Below are positions 1 to 9,107 of a stretch of DNA of 64,000 nucleotides, in pieces. The stretch lies in the NCBI GenBank assembly GCA_963788515.1, contig CAWBGZ010000003.1:830768-894767 (forward strand). Reading direction: 5' to 3'. The DNA comes from an uncultured Acidobacteriaceae bacterium. GTDB taxonomy: Bacteria > Acidobacteriota > Terriglobia > Terriglobales > Acidobacteriaceae. A program made the translations under genes and the position numbers. The notes beneath the pieces were generated by a model. The model was not told the DNA's origin. It worked only from the letters and a program-made list of their open reading frames with translations, and did no database searches. Every line of letters begins with the position of its first letter. Position 1 is the stretch's first letter.

Positions 1-1111
1 GGTTGTAGCGGGTAATATCTGCCGGATCGGCATAATCCCCAGGCTTTGCTCCGGGCGTCGAGAGGGCCCAGCCGGCATCGATAAGCATGTAGGGAAAGCC
101 CGAATCCGAAGCAAACTCAATGTAATGCTTTAAGGTTGCGGTGTTCATCCCCGGCGTGAAATCCACCCCGGTCGCCCAGTCGCCCGACCACCAGTCCCAG
201 GCCGATTTTCCCGCTCGAATCCAGGAGGTGTCGGCGATCCTGGAAGGGGGATTCAGGTTGAGAATTATGTTCGACTCGATCAGCCGCCCGGGAGCATCCC
301 CGATCATGAGCACTCGCCAGGGAGACTGGAAGGGAGCCGTTGCGTCCACAACAACACCGGGCACGTCGACTTTTGGGGATAGCTCGGCCTTCAGGCTGAA
401 CAGCGGTTTATCGCTACGAAGATACATGCCCGCATAGTTATTGATATTCGCTTCGGTGATCGCCACCCAGCCGGTACCCGGCACCTCGGCCAGCAGCGGC
501 AGCGCAACCAGCCAGTCGCGATGCAGGCTTCCCACCGTCCTCATCTGGTAATCGTCTTCATAGGAGGATTGAAAGCCGCTCAAGACCAGAGGGTAAAGGG
601 TTGCATCCTTGCTATAGCGGAACTGGGTCCGCTCGGCGGCAATGTGCACGCTCTTAATGGAAGGCTGCTCGGGCACGATGTACCGGAAAGCCACCCCGTC
701 GTCGAACGCTCGCACCTCGATCGATAGCCTGGTCCCGGATTCACCCTCGAAATCCGCTCTGAGGGAGTTGTAGTGGTCGCGGACCTCCTTAGTCTTGCCG
801 ACCGGGATGGTGTAAGTCTCATCTGCGCTGCCCGGCTTCGAGCCCACGTAGTGCATCCCGGGACCCAGCGCCGGCTGCCCCTGGAGATCCAGACCGAGCT
901 CCCCCTCATCGAGCAGCCGTTTGCCATGGAAGTCAACCGAGTAGCGGAGGGCGGCCGGCCCGGTCCCTGAACTTTCATTGGAAAGGGCAAAGACGATCTG
1001 TCCGTTGGGAGAGGCGACCTGCCACCGGTTCTGGCTGGCGTCCTGGGCCGAAGCAAGGAGGGCGACCGTGAAAACAAAGGAAAAGAGCAGGAAAATCCGC
1101 AGAAAGGGCAT
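1..1111 (-). CDS. Glycoside hydrolase family 97-like protein, N-terminal ~370 aa (3' end lies beyond window start)
   Basis: Absent from the ORF track because it runs off the window edge. My own minus-strand translation from the ATG (1109-1111) stays open to base 1: MPFLRIFLLFSFVFTVALLASAQ (signal peptide) ... FQSPWRVLMIGD ... SWIRAGKSAWDWWSG ... LKHYIEFASDSGFPYMLIDAGW. This matches my recollection of GH97 N-terminal and catalytic-domain signatures. Track ORFs 141-437, 521-727, 580-1200 and 773-970 are shadow frames. Confidence 0.75.
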   Translation of the reverse strand, partial: MPFLRIFLLFSFVFTVALLASAQDASQNRWQVASPNGQIVFALSNESSGTGPAALRYSVDFHGKRLLDEGELGLDLQGQPALGPGMHYVGSKPGSADETYTIPVGKTKEVRDHYNSLRADFEGESGTRLSIEVRAFDDGVAFRYIVPEQPSIKSVHIAAERTQFRYSKDATLYPLVLSGFQSSYEDDYQMRTVGSLHRDWLVALPLLAEVPGTGWVAITEANINNYAGMYLRSDKPLFSLKAELSPKVDVPGVVVDATAPFQSPWRVLMIGDAPGRLIESNIILNLNPPSRIADTSWIRAGKSAWDWWSGDWATGVDFTPGMNTATLKHYIEFASDSGFPYMLIDAGWALSTPGAKPGDYADPADITRYN

Positions 1112-1258
1112 AGTTTCTCCGGGTCGAATGGTATTACAAAGGTTCCTTTGCTTCCAATCGGGCCTGCCAGCCGTCGCCGGGCCGGAAATACCTGTCGCAT
1201 GGTTAGGTCTTAGGCGTAGAGTGTTCAGCGAATTCCATTTCATTCCGAGGGGGCTCCC

Positions 1259-1714
1259 ATGTTGAAGCCTTTCCTGATCCTTTCCTCCGTGCTCCTAACC
1301 GGCGCTATCGCGTCACTCCTGCAGGCGCAGCAGGCCGCAACTCCAGCTCCGCCGGCCGCATTCAACGTTCCGCTGGAAGCCGTAAACCAGGTAAACCCAA
1401 TGAAACCAACCGCCGATTCGCTGGCCCGCGCCAAAAAGATCTACGGCTACGAGTGTGCCGCGTGCCATGGTGACGACGGTGCAGGCACCGGCGACGTAGC
1501 CAAGACCCTGAAGGCGAAGATGCCCGATTTCCGCGACCCCACGGCTCTCAAGGCACAAACCGACGGCGAACTCTACTACATCATTAATAAAGGCAAGGGA
1601 GTGATGGAGGGCGAAGGCGCACGCGTCAAGCCCGACGACACCTGGAACCTGGTGAACTATATCCGCTCCTTCTCCAAGCTGCAAGCCGCGACGGCGGCTC
1701 AAGGACCGTCGTAG
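1259..1714 (+). CDS. Secreted class I c-type cytochrome (single heme)
   Basis: 151-aa ORF with a signal-peptide-like N-terminus (LILSSVLLTGAIASLLQAQQ) and one heme-binding CAACH motif. A downstream GKGVMEG region could supply the Met ligand. Confidence 0.85.
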   Translation: MLKPFLILSSVLLTGAIASLLQAQQAATPAPPAAFNVPLEAVNQVNPMKPTADSLARAKKIYGYECAACHGDDGAGTGDVAKTLKAKMPDFRDPTALKAQTDGELYYIINKGKGVMEGEGARVKPDDTWNLVNYIRSFSKLQAATAAQGPS

Positions 1715-1992
1715 ATTCTCCGGGCTCGCGGTCTGGATCAGAGAGGTACTTGTGCTCAGGCTCTTGTACACGAGCCTTCCGCAGCACCATCTTGCCTTCT
1801 TGAACGAATGATCCGGCCGGCGTCGGCAACCTCCTGATCTGCCGGCGCCGGTAACCTACGAGTCCGTTGAGCCTCTAAAATCAAATCCCGGTCGATAGCT
1901 GAACGTGTGCGCATTCGAGAATTCCTGGATCCGCTTAACCCCACACGTCAGTGAATGGTCAACGTCGAGCGTCTGGCCAGGGCGTATCCTTC

Positions 1993-2879
1993 TTATCGGA
2001 ACGACCATCCGATGGTTGACGTTAGTCCCAAGTTATTTTCTGGCGCCCCTACGACTGGCCGGTTGTCAAAATTGTCGTAGAAGCTCCCCCGAATATAAAA
2101 GTCTTTATAAAATTTGTAATAAACATCCTGGTTGAGAGTCATTCGTACGCGGCCTGGTGTGGTGAGGCTCGGATAGACCCACAGTGTGGTGTCAAAAGTT
2201 GTTGAATCGAATCGGAACGTTGAGAACTGAACTGCGAAAGCGGAATCGAGGCTGTGCTTGCTCGCCGTCGATTCACTTTCCGATGCATCCTTCTCCGAAG
2301 TGAAGGCCAATCCCGCGATCAACGAAAGGTTCGACTTGTTGGTGTAGACCGGCCGTATCGCCAGCGCTCCCCCGAGCGTCGTACGCAGGTCAATCTGCTG
2401 TTCTGAGCTCGAAAGAAAATTTGCAATGGCCCCGCCGTACCAGTTCGATTTGCGAAGCTGATTGAAATACTCGGTCTTCGCCGTGGTTTCGTTCGTATCA
2501 CTGACTTCCTTCTGACTTGTGACCGCTGAATGCATCTCCTCTGTTGTCAACCACCACGAAGGGCTGGTTAGTTTGGATGTTGTCAACTTTGTTCCAGTCG
2601 AAGACCACCGTGGAATTGGCATAGTCCTGCTTCACCGTAAGCTGCCCTTGCTCGAACGAGCGTATTTCGCAGGTTGATTCGGTCGCCATTTTTCATAAAA
2701 ACCACGTCGGTCTTCAAACGGCTGGAGGCGTGCACCTGGGGTGTGAAAATTGCCGAGAAGAGAAGGCAGAGCAACACGGTTGGTGCGCCGCAGGACTCAC
2801 GGAATTTAGCCTCTGCAATGTATGCCAGTTCGCGTGGTCCCAGTTCGGGTGAAAGATCGTTTGCTGCCGGGCGTGCCAC
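1993..2879 (-). pseudogene. DUF481 (YdiY-like) outer-membrane protein gene broken by two frameshifts
   Basis: Three consecutive minus-strand ORFs in three frames read as one protein. 2583-2879 gives LLCLLFSAIFTPQVHA...DVVFMKNGDRI. 2498-2689 gives CEIRSFEQGQLTVKQDYANSTVVFDWNKVDN. 1993-2622 gives NWYGGAIANF...YYKFYKDFYIRGSFYDNFDNRP...IGWSFR. The NGDR-type N-terminus and Tyr/Phe-rich beta-barrel C-terminus fit DUF481. The 5' end is uncertain. Confidence 0.7.
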
Positions 2880-3293
2880 TCGGCACCTCCGTTAGGTTGA
2901 CGCACTATCGTGCTCAATTGAAGATGATCACTCATTCTCACGGCCAGCAGCAATGGCGTGGAGGGATCGCTCGCGAACCAACCCCGAGCGCTGACTGCTT
3001 GGTGAAAGTACTTATCTCTTTGCCGCAGGTTTAAGATGAAAGGTTCTTGACCTCAATGTCAGCCAGGAATCGGACAACTATCTTGAGACCCGGAGCTCGC
3101 ATCGAATAAATGTGCGCCAGCGAAGTAAGGCCCAGTCGTTAAGATCCAATACGCGTGATTGGACAGCACGCTTCAAGAGGGAACTCTTGGAGTTCCTCTT
3201 CAAAGTTCTTCTGTGAAGTCAACGCAGCGTCAGGACAAAAAATCCATGCAAGGCAAGGAACTCAGAACTCTGATCAATCAGGAGGATCCCCTT

Positions 3294-4625
3294 ATGGCGA
3301 ATACCACAGCTTCACCGGCTGACGTCCGCACCATCGCTAAGGATGCTTACATCTATGGCTACCCCATGGTGCAGACCTACCTCACCATGTACGCTTTCTC
3401 CATCGACACCCACAATCCCCAGTACAAAGGCCCCTTCAACGCGCCACTCAGTTTCGCCCGGGTCTTCACTCCCGACGATAGTGCCTTCGTCACCCCCAAC
3501 TCCGACACCCCATACACCTTCCTAAGTCTCGACCTGCGCACCGAACCCATGGTCCTCACAGTCCCTCCAGTGGAGAAGAACCGCTACTGGGTCTTCCAGA
3601 TGATGGATCTCTATACCTTCAACTTCGATTACCTCGGCACCCGCACCACCGGAAATGGCGGAGGCACGTTTCTCATCGTCGGTCCCCGCTGGAAAGGCAC
3701 AGTCCCTCCGGGCATGACCAAGGTCCTCCACCCCGAGACCGAGTTCATCAACGTAGTCGGCCGGACCCAACTCTTTAATCCCGCTGACCTCGACAACGTA
3801 AAGAAGATCCAGTCCGAGTACAAAGCGCAGCCTCTCTCTGCCTTTCTGAGTCAACCCGCCCCACCCGCAGCGCCGGTGATCCACTGGATCCCACCCGTCT
3901 CTCCAGCGCAGATGCAGACCTCGCTACACTTCTTCAACGTGATGAACCTTCTGCTCCAGTTCTGTCCGGTGGAGGCGAGCGAGACAGCTCTGCGCTCCAG
4001 CTTTTCCGGCATCGGCGTCGGTCCTGGTAAAACCATCGATGTCGCCATGCTCTCACCAGAGATCAGGGCTTCTATGGAAGATGGAATGGCGGATGGACAA
4101 AAAGAAATCGACGAACGCCGCGCCGCAAGCGGCGGAAACATCAGCAGTTTCTTTGGCACGCGTGCCTTCCTGCACAACGACTACGTCGCTCGCGCCACCG
4201 GAGCCCAGATGGGCATCGGCGCCAACTCCAGGGAAGAAGCTATGTATCCCCTCTATGAAAAGGACTCCAGTGGCGGCCTCCTCGACGGCAGCAAAGCGCG
4301 CTACACCCTTCACTTCAACAAAGGGGAGTTTCCACCCGTCGACGCCTTCTGGTCGCTCACCATGTACAACCTCCCGGAGCAGCTTCTGGTGAAAAACCCG
4401 ATCAACCGCTATCTCATCAACTCGCCCATGCTGCCTGACCTGAAGCTCGACTCCGAAGGCGGCCTCACCATCTATATCCAATCCGACTCACCCGGAAAGG
4501 ACAAAGAGTCGAACTGGCTACCAGCCCCCAAGGCGCCCTTCATGCTCGCCATGCGCTATTACCTTCCCAAACCTGAGCTCATCCAGGGCACTTGGAAATC
4601 TCCAGCCGTTGTCCGAGTCAACTAA
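3294..4625 (+). CDS. DUF1254/DUF1214 two-domain protein
   Basis: Motifs AKDAYIYGYPMV, TPNSDTPY, NRYW (DUF1254) and PPVDAFWSLTMYN...NRYLINS...NWLPAP...MRYYLP (DUF1214). I prefer the ATG at 3294 (AGGAGGA 8 nt upstream) over the track TTG at 3159. No signal peptide seen. Confidence 0.85.
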   Translation: MANTTASPADVRTIAKDAYIYGYPMVQTYLTMYAFSIDTHNPQYKGPFNAPLSFARVFTPDDSAFVTPNSDTPYTFLSLDLRTEPMVLTVPPVEKNRYWVFQMMDLYTFNFDYLGTRTTGNGGGTFLIVGPRWKGTVPPGMTKVLHPETEFINVVGRTQLFNPADLDNVKKIQSEYKAQPLSAFLSQPAPPAAPVIHWIPPVSPAQMQTSLHFFNVMNLLLQFCPVEASETALRSSFSGIGVGPGKTIDVAMLSPEIRASMEDGMADGQKEIDERRAASGGNISSFFGTRAFLHNDYVARATGAQMGIGANSREEAMYPLYEKDSSGGLLDGSKARYTLHFNKGEFPPVDAFWSLTMYNLPEQLLVKNPINRYLINSPMLPDLKLDSEGGLTIYIQSDSPGKDKESNWLPAPKAPFMLAMRYYLPKPELIQGTWKSPAVVRVN

Positions 4626-4645
4626 TTGGCCCCACAGGAGGATTT

Positions 4646-6013
4646 ATGCTGCAGCAACAAGAAGACAAGAAGCCCGCTGACTCCGCCCTCACTTCGCAAG
4701 ACGCACGCGCCATCGCCAAAGAGGCGTACATCTACGCCTTCCCCATGGCCGCCAACTATGAGACGCTCCACAAGCAAGCCCTCGACACCACTGGCCACGA
4801 TTACCGCGCCCCCTTCAACACTCTCACCAACGCCAGCAGTGTCGCCACGCCAGAAGACAAGTTCGTCGTCACCCCGAACTCCGACACACCTTACTCCTAT
4901 GTCTGGATGGACCTCCGCGCCGAGCCCCTCGTCGTCACCATGCCGCAGATCGAGAAGGAGCGCTACTACACCGGCCAGCTCATCGACCTCTACACCTTCA
5001 ACTTCGCCTATCTCGGCACGCGCAGCTTCGGCAACGACGGCGGCAATTTTCTCATCGCCGGACCAAACTGGAACGGCACAACCCCGGCCGGCATCAAGGC
5101 CGTCCTCCGCACCCAGACCCAGTTCGCCTACCTTCTCATCCGGACGCAACTCTTCAATGCTGCTGACATCGGCAACGTAAAAAAGATCCAGGCCGCCTAC
5201 CGCGCTCAACCCCTCAGCACCTTCCTGCACCAGCCGGCGCCATCAGCCGCCCCTGCGGTCCACTGGCCTGAACCGAGTGCGGATATGCTGACTACGCCGG
5301 CCATCTTTTCCTATTTGAACTTCCTGCTCCAGTTCTGTCCCACCGACCCCTCTGAGACCGGTCTCATGGCGCGCTTCGCCCAACTCAATCTGGGCGCGGG
5401 CAAGACGTTCGCGCTAGCGAGTTTTGCCCCAGAGGTTCAGCAGGCCATCAGCAACGGCATCGCCGACACGAAGGCCGACGTCGACCTGATGATGAAGAAG
5501 ATCAATACCGATCAACTCCAGAGCTCTGACCTCTTCGGCACGCGCGACTTCCTCAAGAACAACTATCTCTACCGTTTCATCGGAGCCAAGCTCGGTCTCT
5601 ATGGCAACTCCGGAGCCGATGCTGCCTACTTTGGTTACTTCATCGATGCCGAGCACCATCCGCTCGATGCCTCGAAGAGCAACTACGAGCTGCACTTTGC
5701 CCAGGGCGCCATCCCCGAGTACCACGCCTTCTGGTCTCTTACTATGTACGACGGCAAGACGCAGCTCCTGGTCGCCAACCCCCTCAATCGCTACCTGCTC
5801 AACTCCACTACGCTGAAGTCTTACAAGTACGGCTCCGATGGTTCGCTCACCTTCTATATCCAGAAGAACTCGCCCGGCAAGGATAAGGAATCCAACTGGC
5901 TGCCCGCGCCGGACGGCCCGTTCTATTGCATCTACCGCGTCTACATGCCGGGGCAAGCCGTCCTCGACGGCACCTGGAAGAAGCCGCAGATGCAGGCTGT
6001 CGCCGCAAAGTAA
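4646..6013 (+). CDS. DUF1254/DUF1214 two-domain protein (tandem paralogue)
   Basis: Same motif set (AKEAYIYAFPMA, TPNSDTPY, ERYY, HAFWSLTMYD, NRYLLNS, NWLPAP). ATG at 4646 follows CAGGAGGA, 20 nt after the stop of the upstream paralogue. No signal peptide. Confidence 0.85.
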   Translation: MLQQQEDKKPADSALTSQDARAIAKEAYIYAFPMAANYETLHKQALDTTGHDYRAPFNTLTNASSVATPEDKFVVTPNSDTPYSYVWMDLRAEPLVVTMPQIEKERYYTGQLIDLYTFNFAYLGTRSFGNDGGNFLIAGPNWNGTTPAGIKAVLRTQTQFAYLLIRTQLFNAADIGNVKKIQAAYRAQPLSTFLHQPAPSAAPAVHWPEPSADMLTTPAIFSYLNFLLQFCPTDPSETGLMARFAQLNLGAGKTFALASFAPEVQQAISNGIADTKADVDLMMKKINTDQLQSSDLFGTRDFLKNNYLYRFIGAKLGLYGNSGADAAYFGYFIDAEHHPLDASKSNYELHFAQGAIPEYHAFWSLTMYDGKTQLLVANPLNRYLLNSTTLKSYKYGSDGSLTFYIQKNSPGKDKESNWLPAPDGPFYCIYRVYMPGQAVLDGTWKKPQMQAVAAK

Positions 6014-6099
6014 GAATCAGGTTGTTTTTGTGGGTGGAGCGAATGGTGCATCCGCCCGCCTCAACGTGGGGCGTGCGGATGCGAATTCCATTGCATCTC

Positions 6100-6978
6100 T
6101 TATTTCACCGGCGTCCACGAGGCATCGACCGCAAAGGTCTTCATCTGTTGTGCGATGTCTCCAGTCTTCTCGCCTAGATCCTTCTGGTAGATGATCCCCT
6201 TCTGGTTTACCAGGAAGGTCATCACCCCGCTCGACCGATAGTCTGCCGGGTAGGCTATGAAGCCGAAGCCGCTGGCACTCGGGAGCATGCGGTAGTAGTA
6301 GCCGTGATAAGGTGTCCGTCTGCCGGAGACGTCGTAGCCCTCCGAGGATGCGGACGCGAGCATCGGTCCTGCGGGGCTTTGCGGCTCGCCCTGTTCCGGT
6401 TCCCAATAAAGTCCGTTTTGCTTGCCCGGTTCGCTCACCAAGCGCGGAGCGTACGAGCCCGCAGGCCGCCCATCGTGGCTGGTCGCCGCGTAATCTCGCT
6501 GCGCGGCGACGATGCCGTGACAGACATTGATGGCGTCGAGTTCATTGTGGCCGATGCGGCGATAGAGTATCTCTTGTTTGCCCGCAGCTCCATCCCAGTA
6601 CCAGACGCTCCCTGATTTCACCAGCGGAATGGGAAGCGGCCAATCGTTTTTTCCGACTTGCAATGTAAGCTTCCCGTTGCCGGCAGGTATGAGCGAGTGC
6701 CGCTCGTCGTACCAGCCCAGAAACGCTGTGCGACCCTTGTCGTCAGCGATCGAATCGCTGGAGGAGACAATCTCCTCGCTGCCGGGGCCCAGAATCGCAA
6801 CCAGTTCCGATGTATTCCGATCCCGCGACGCTTGGATGAAAGCGCTGACCGCGTCCTTGGCGCTGGAGAATGTTTTCTGACCCCTGGCCTGAGCATAGAC
6901 AGAGCAGGTGAAGTGAAGTGCCCCCAGGACGAGGACGAGTGGGACAAAATGACGGGTGGCTCGATGAATCCTGCTCAT
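6100..6978 (-). CDS. DUF2950 secreted protein
   Basis: Signal peptide, then WPLPIPLVK..WYWDG..GKQEILYRRIGHNELDAI..YAPRLVSEPGKQNGLYW..PYHGYYYRML..FIAYPADYRSSGVMTFLVNQKGIIYQKDLG. This is the pattern I associate with DUF2950. It lies 50 nt downstream of a DUF3300 gene, the usual partner. Confidence 0.8.
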   Translation of the reverse strand: MSRIHRATRHFVPLVLVLGALHFTCSVYAQARGQKTFSSAKDAVSAFIQASRDRNTSELVAILGPGSEEIVSSSDSIADDKGRTAFLGWYDERHSLIPAGNGKLTLQVGKNDWPLPIPLVKSGSVWYWDGAAGKQEILYRRIGHNELDAINVCHGIVAAQRDYAATSHDGRPAGSYAPRLVSEPGKQNGLYWEPEQGEPQSPAGPMLASASSEGYDVSGRRTPYHGYYYRMLPSASGFGFIAYPADYRSSGVMTFLVNQKGIIYQKDLGEKTGDIAQQMKTFAVDASWTPVK

Positions 6979-7028
6979 GTCTTAAATCCTCAAGTGCGCG
7001 CTGAGAAGTAGGTAAGGGCCTTCCTTCG

Positions 7029-8573
7029 TTAGTGTCTCTTTCCCCTGCCACCACCACCGCCAAAGCTTGCCTGTCCGCGATTGCTGGCTGCTCGCTCTGA
7101 CTGAGCGCTTCCGCTGGCGCTGAATGCGTTGTTGCCGCCTCCTCCGCGATTCTGTGCCTGTGGAGCAGGACGGGCCGCCGGGGAGGATCCTCCCGCTGGA
7201 CGAGCCGACGTGTTCCCGTAGCCGCGATCTCCCCCGCGATTCATATTTGCTGGAGTCGCCGCAGGTCGAGCCATCGCGGATGTATTTCCCGCAGCCGGCG
7301 GCCTCATGGTGCCGGCGTTGCCCGCACCTGGGCGGTTTGCAAAGGAGCCGTTGTTAGCAGCGTTAGGGCGATTGGCGAGGGCGGCGTTGTTATTCCCGTT
7401 AGGCCGATTGGCAAAGGAGCCGTTATTGTTCGTGTTTGGGCGATTCGCGGGGTTCGCGGCGGCCATCGACGCTCCCGGCCTCGCGTTGTTCGCAGTCGCA
7501 GGGCGAGCTCCCTGGTAGGTGGACTGACCCTTCCAGTTTGGTTGGTTCGCGGGACGATTGTTCGCATTCACGTTCACATTCACATTCGTATTGCGAACAC
7601 TATTGTTGTTATAGCGGGAGTAATAGTTGTTATTGTTGTACCGCGTGTTGATGCTCTGGTTGTAATTGCTCCAGTGATAGTTCGGTGGTGGACGGTATCC
7701 ATACGCGGGTCGATAGCCCGGGTAGACAGGGCGGTACGGAGGCGGATAGTAAGGGCGGCCGCCGTAATAGACGTGCCCATAACCCCATGCGGGATAAGGG
7801 TAATAGTTGTTGTTGTTAAAGGTAGATCCGATGGCCATGCCCACACCGAAAGAGAGAAGCCCGATCGCAACCGCGGTTCCGGTGCTGACCCCGCTCGACT
7901 GCTGCGTGACCACGGTGGTGGTGGCCGGCGGCGCCGGCGTGTTGTAGATGGTCACGGGGTTGTACTGGGGAACGTAGACAACCTGCGGATTGGCAGGCTG
8001 AATTTCCACGTAGCTCTGGCCATTTTCGGTCTTGGTATCGACAGTCATCTGTGGGCTCGACTTGAGATTGCCCAGCTGTTGCGCCTGGACACGCTTTTGC
8101 TGGATGGCGTCCATAACTGCCTTCGGGTTTGCCTGGAATGCCTGACCAAGCTGCGTTGTCCAGTCCATCTGCTGGCACATGTTGTCAACCACCTGGGGGA
8201 AGGCTGTGAGGTACTGCATACTGGGACTCAACCCCACCTGCTTGGCCGCGTTTGCGAGGGCATCTCCTTTGAGGGTCTGATTCTGCAGCAGCCAGTTGCC
8301 CCCGTCGAGAACTTCCTGTGGATTTGTTGATGCCGCTAGAATCTGCGCCAGCAGCTTATCGGGATAGAGCGCAATCGGCGCCACTAGGTCGGCAACGCTC
8401 ATCTGCGGCGCGGCGGGCGCGGCGGCAGCGGGAGGAGGCGGAGGGGCAGACTGCGCGGCATCCGGACCCGCCGCGGGATTCGGTGTCGCCGACTTGCAGC
8501 CGGACACGACGCTCATCGTCGAGACCGCGGCAGCCAGGAGAAGTGCTGTGTTGGCACGAAAAAGGTGATTCAT
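7029..8573 (-). CDS. DUF3300 lipoprotein with a Gly-zipper segment and a long Tyr/Pro- then Asn/Gly/Ala-rich tail
   Basis: Start moved to the ATG at 8571-8573 (AGGAG upstream). It gives MNHLFRANTALLLAAAVSTMSVVSGC (lipobox). The DUF3300 signature is LVAPIALYPDKLLAQILAASTNPQEV. The C-terminal half is low complexity (YYPYPAWGYGHVYYGGRPYYPPPY; repeated FANRPN units; ends GGGGRGKRH). Confidence 0.8.
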   Translation of the reverse strand: MNHLFRANTALLLAAAVSTMSVVSGCKSATPNPAAGPDAAQSAPPPPPAAAAPAAPQMSVADLVAPIALYPDKLLAQILAASTNPQEVLDGGNWLLQNQTLKGDALANAAKQVGLSPSMQYLTAFPQVVDNMCQQMDWTTQLGQAFQANPKAVMDAIQQKRVQAQQLGNLKSSPQMTVDTKTENGQSYVEIQPANPQVVYVPQYNPVTIYNTPAPPATTTVVTQQSSGVSTGTAVAIGLLSFGVGMAIGSTFNNNNYYPYPAWGYGHVYYGGRPYYPPPYRPVYPGYRPAYGYRPPPNYHWSNYNQSINTRYNNNNYYSRYNNNSVRNTNVNVNVNANNRPANQPNWKGQSTYQGARPATANNARPGASMAAANPANRPNTNNNGSFANRPNGNNNAALANRPNAANNGSFANRPGAGNAGTMRPPAAGNTSAMARPAATPANMNRGGDRGYGNTSARPAGGSSPAARPAPQAQNRGGGGNNAFSASGSAQSERAASNRGQASFGGGGGRGKRH

Positions 8574-9107
8574 CTTAGACTCCTGGGTGCAAAAGAACTT
8601 TTGGTGATTACCTTTCCAAAAGCGATAGAACACGTTGCCACTACTTCGTCGAGAGGCGTATGGTGATCAGCGGCGGGGCCGGCTAACGAGGAAGAACTCC
8701 TTCGTCGGTAGAAAAGCAATCCTCCGGCACCAGTACGGTAGTCCTTCTGGCGAGTCATTTCAAGACGCACGCATAGTACCTAAGGACTACATTTTTCTTG
8801 TCGCTCGCCTTGCCTTTCCGACAGCGAACAGTGACACTGTTCGCGGGCTCGCTCAGCGCTGTGCAAATGCATGGGACGGGAAAGTCTCTCCCGCTTGCAT
8901 GTAACTATGAATTCTCCAACCTCCGTCCTCGTCGCCGGGCAAAAACATGATCTGGATTACCGCGACGCTTGCCTATTGAATTCCAACAAGCACTAGTTAA
9001 AAGGGAGCACCCAATTACACGTCGACAGTGGAGTGCTTCGGTTGGGCCCTTTCGGCGCTACCACCAATCAACGCAAGAGTGAAATTCCAACCATGGAGGA
9101 AAAGAGA

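Noticed and set aside
580-1200. 206-aa minus-strand ORF, plus small plus-strand ORFs at 141-970
   Set aside because: The composition is Arg/Ser/Pro-rich and non-native. All of these overlap, out of frame or antisense, the clearly coding GH97-like frame that runs off the window edge.
7300-7450. Short tandem-like repeats that could be mistaken for a mini CRISPR or VNTR
   Set aside because: They are in-frame coding repeats (FANRPN units) of the DUF3300 tail. The units are imperfect and contiguous, with no spacer structure.
7542-8330. 262-aa plus-strand ORF antisense to the DUF3300 gene
   Set aside because: It is a low-complexity Val/Arg/Ile-rich shadow of the Asn/Tyr/Pro-rich coding strand. 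It has no motif and no RBS.
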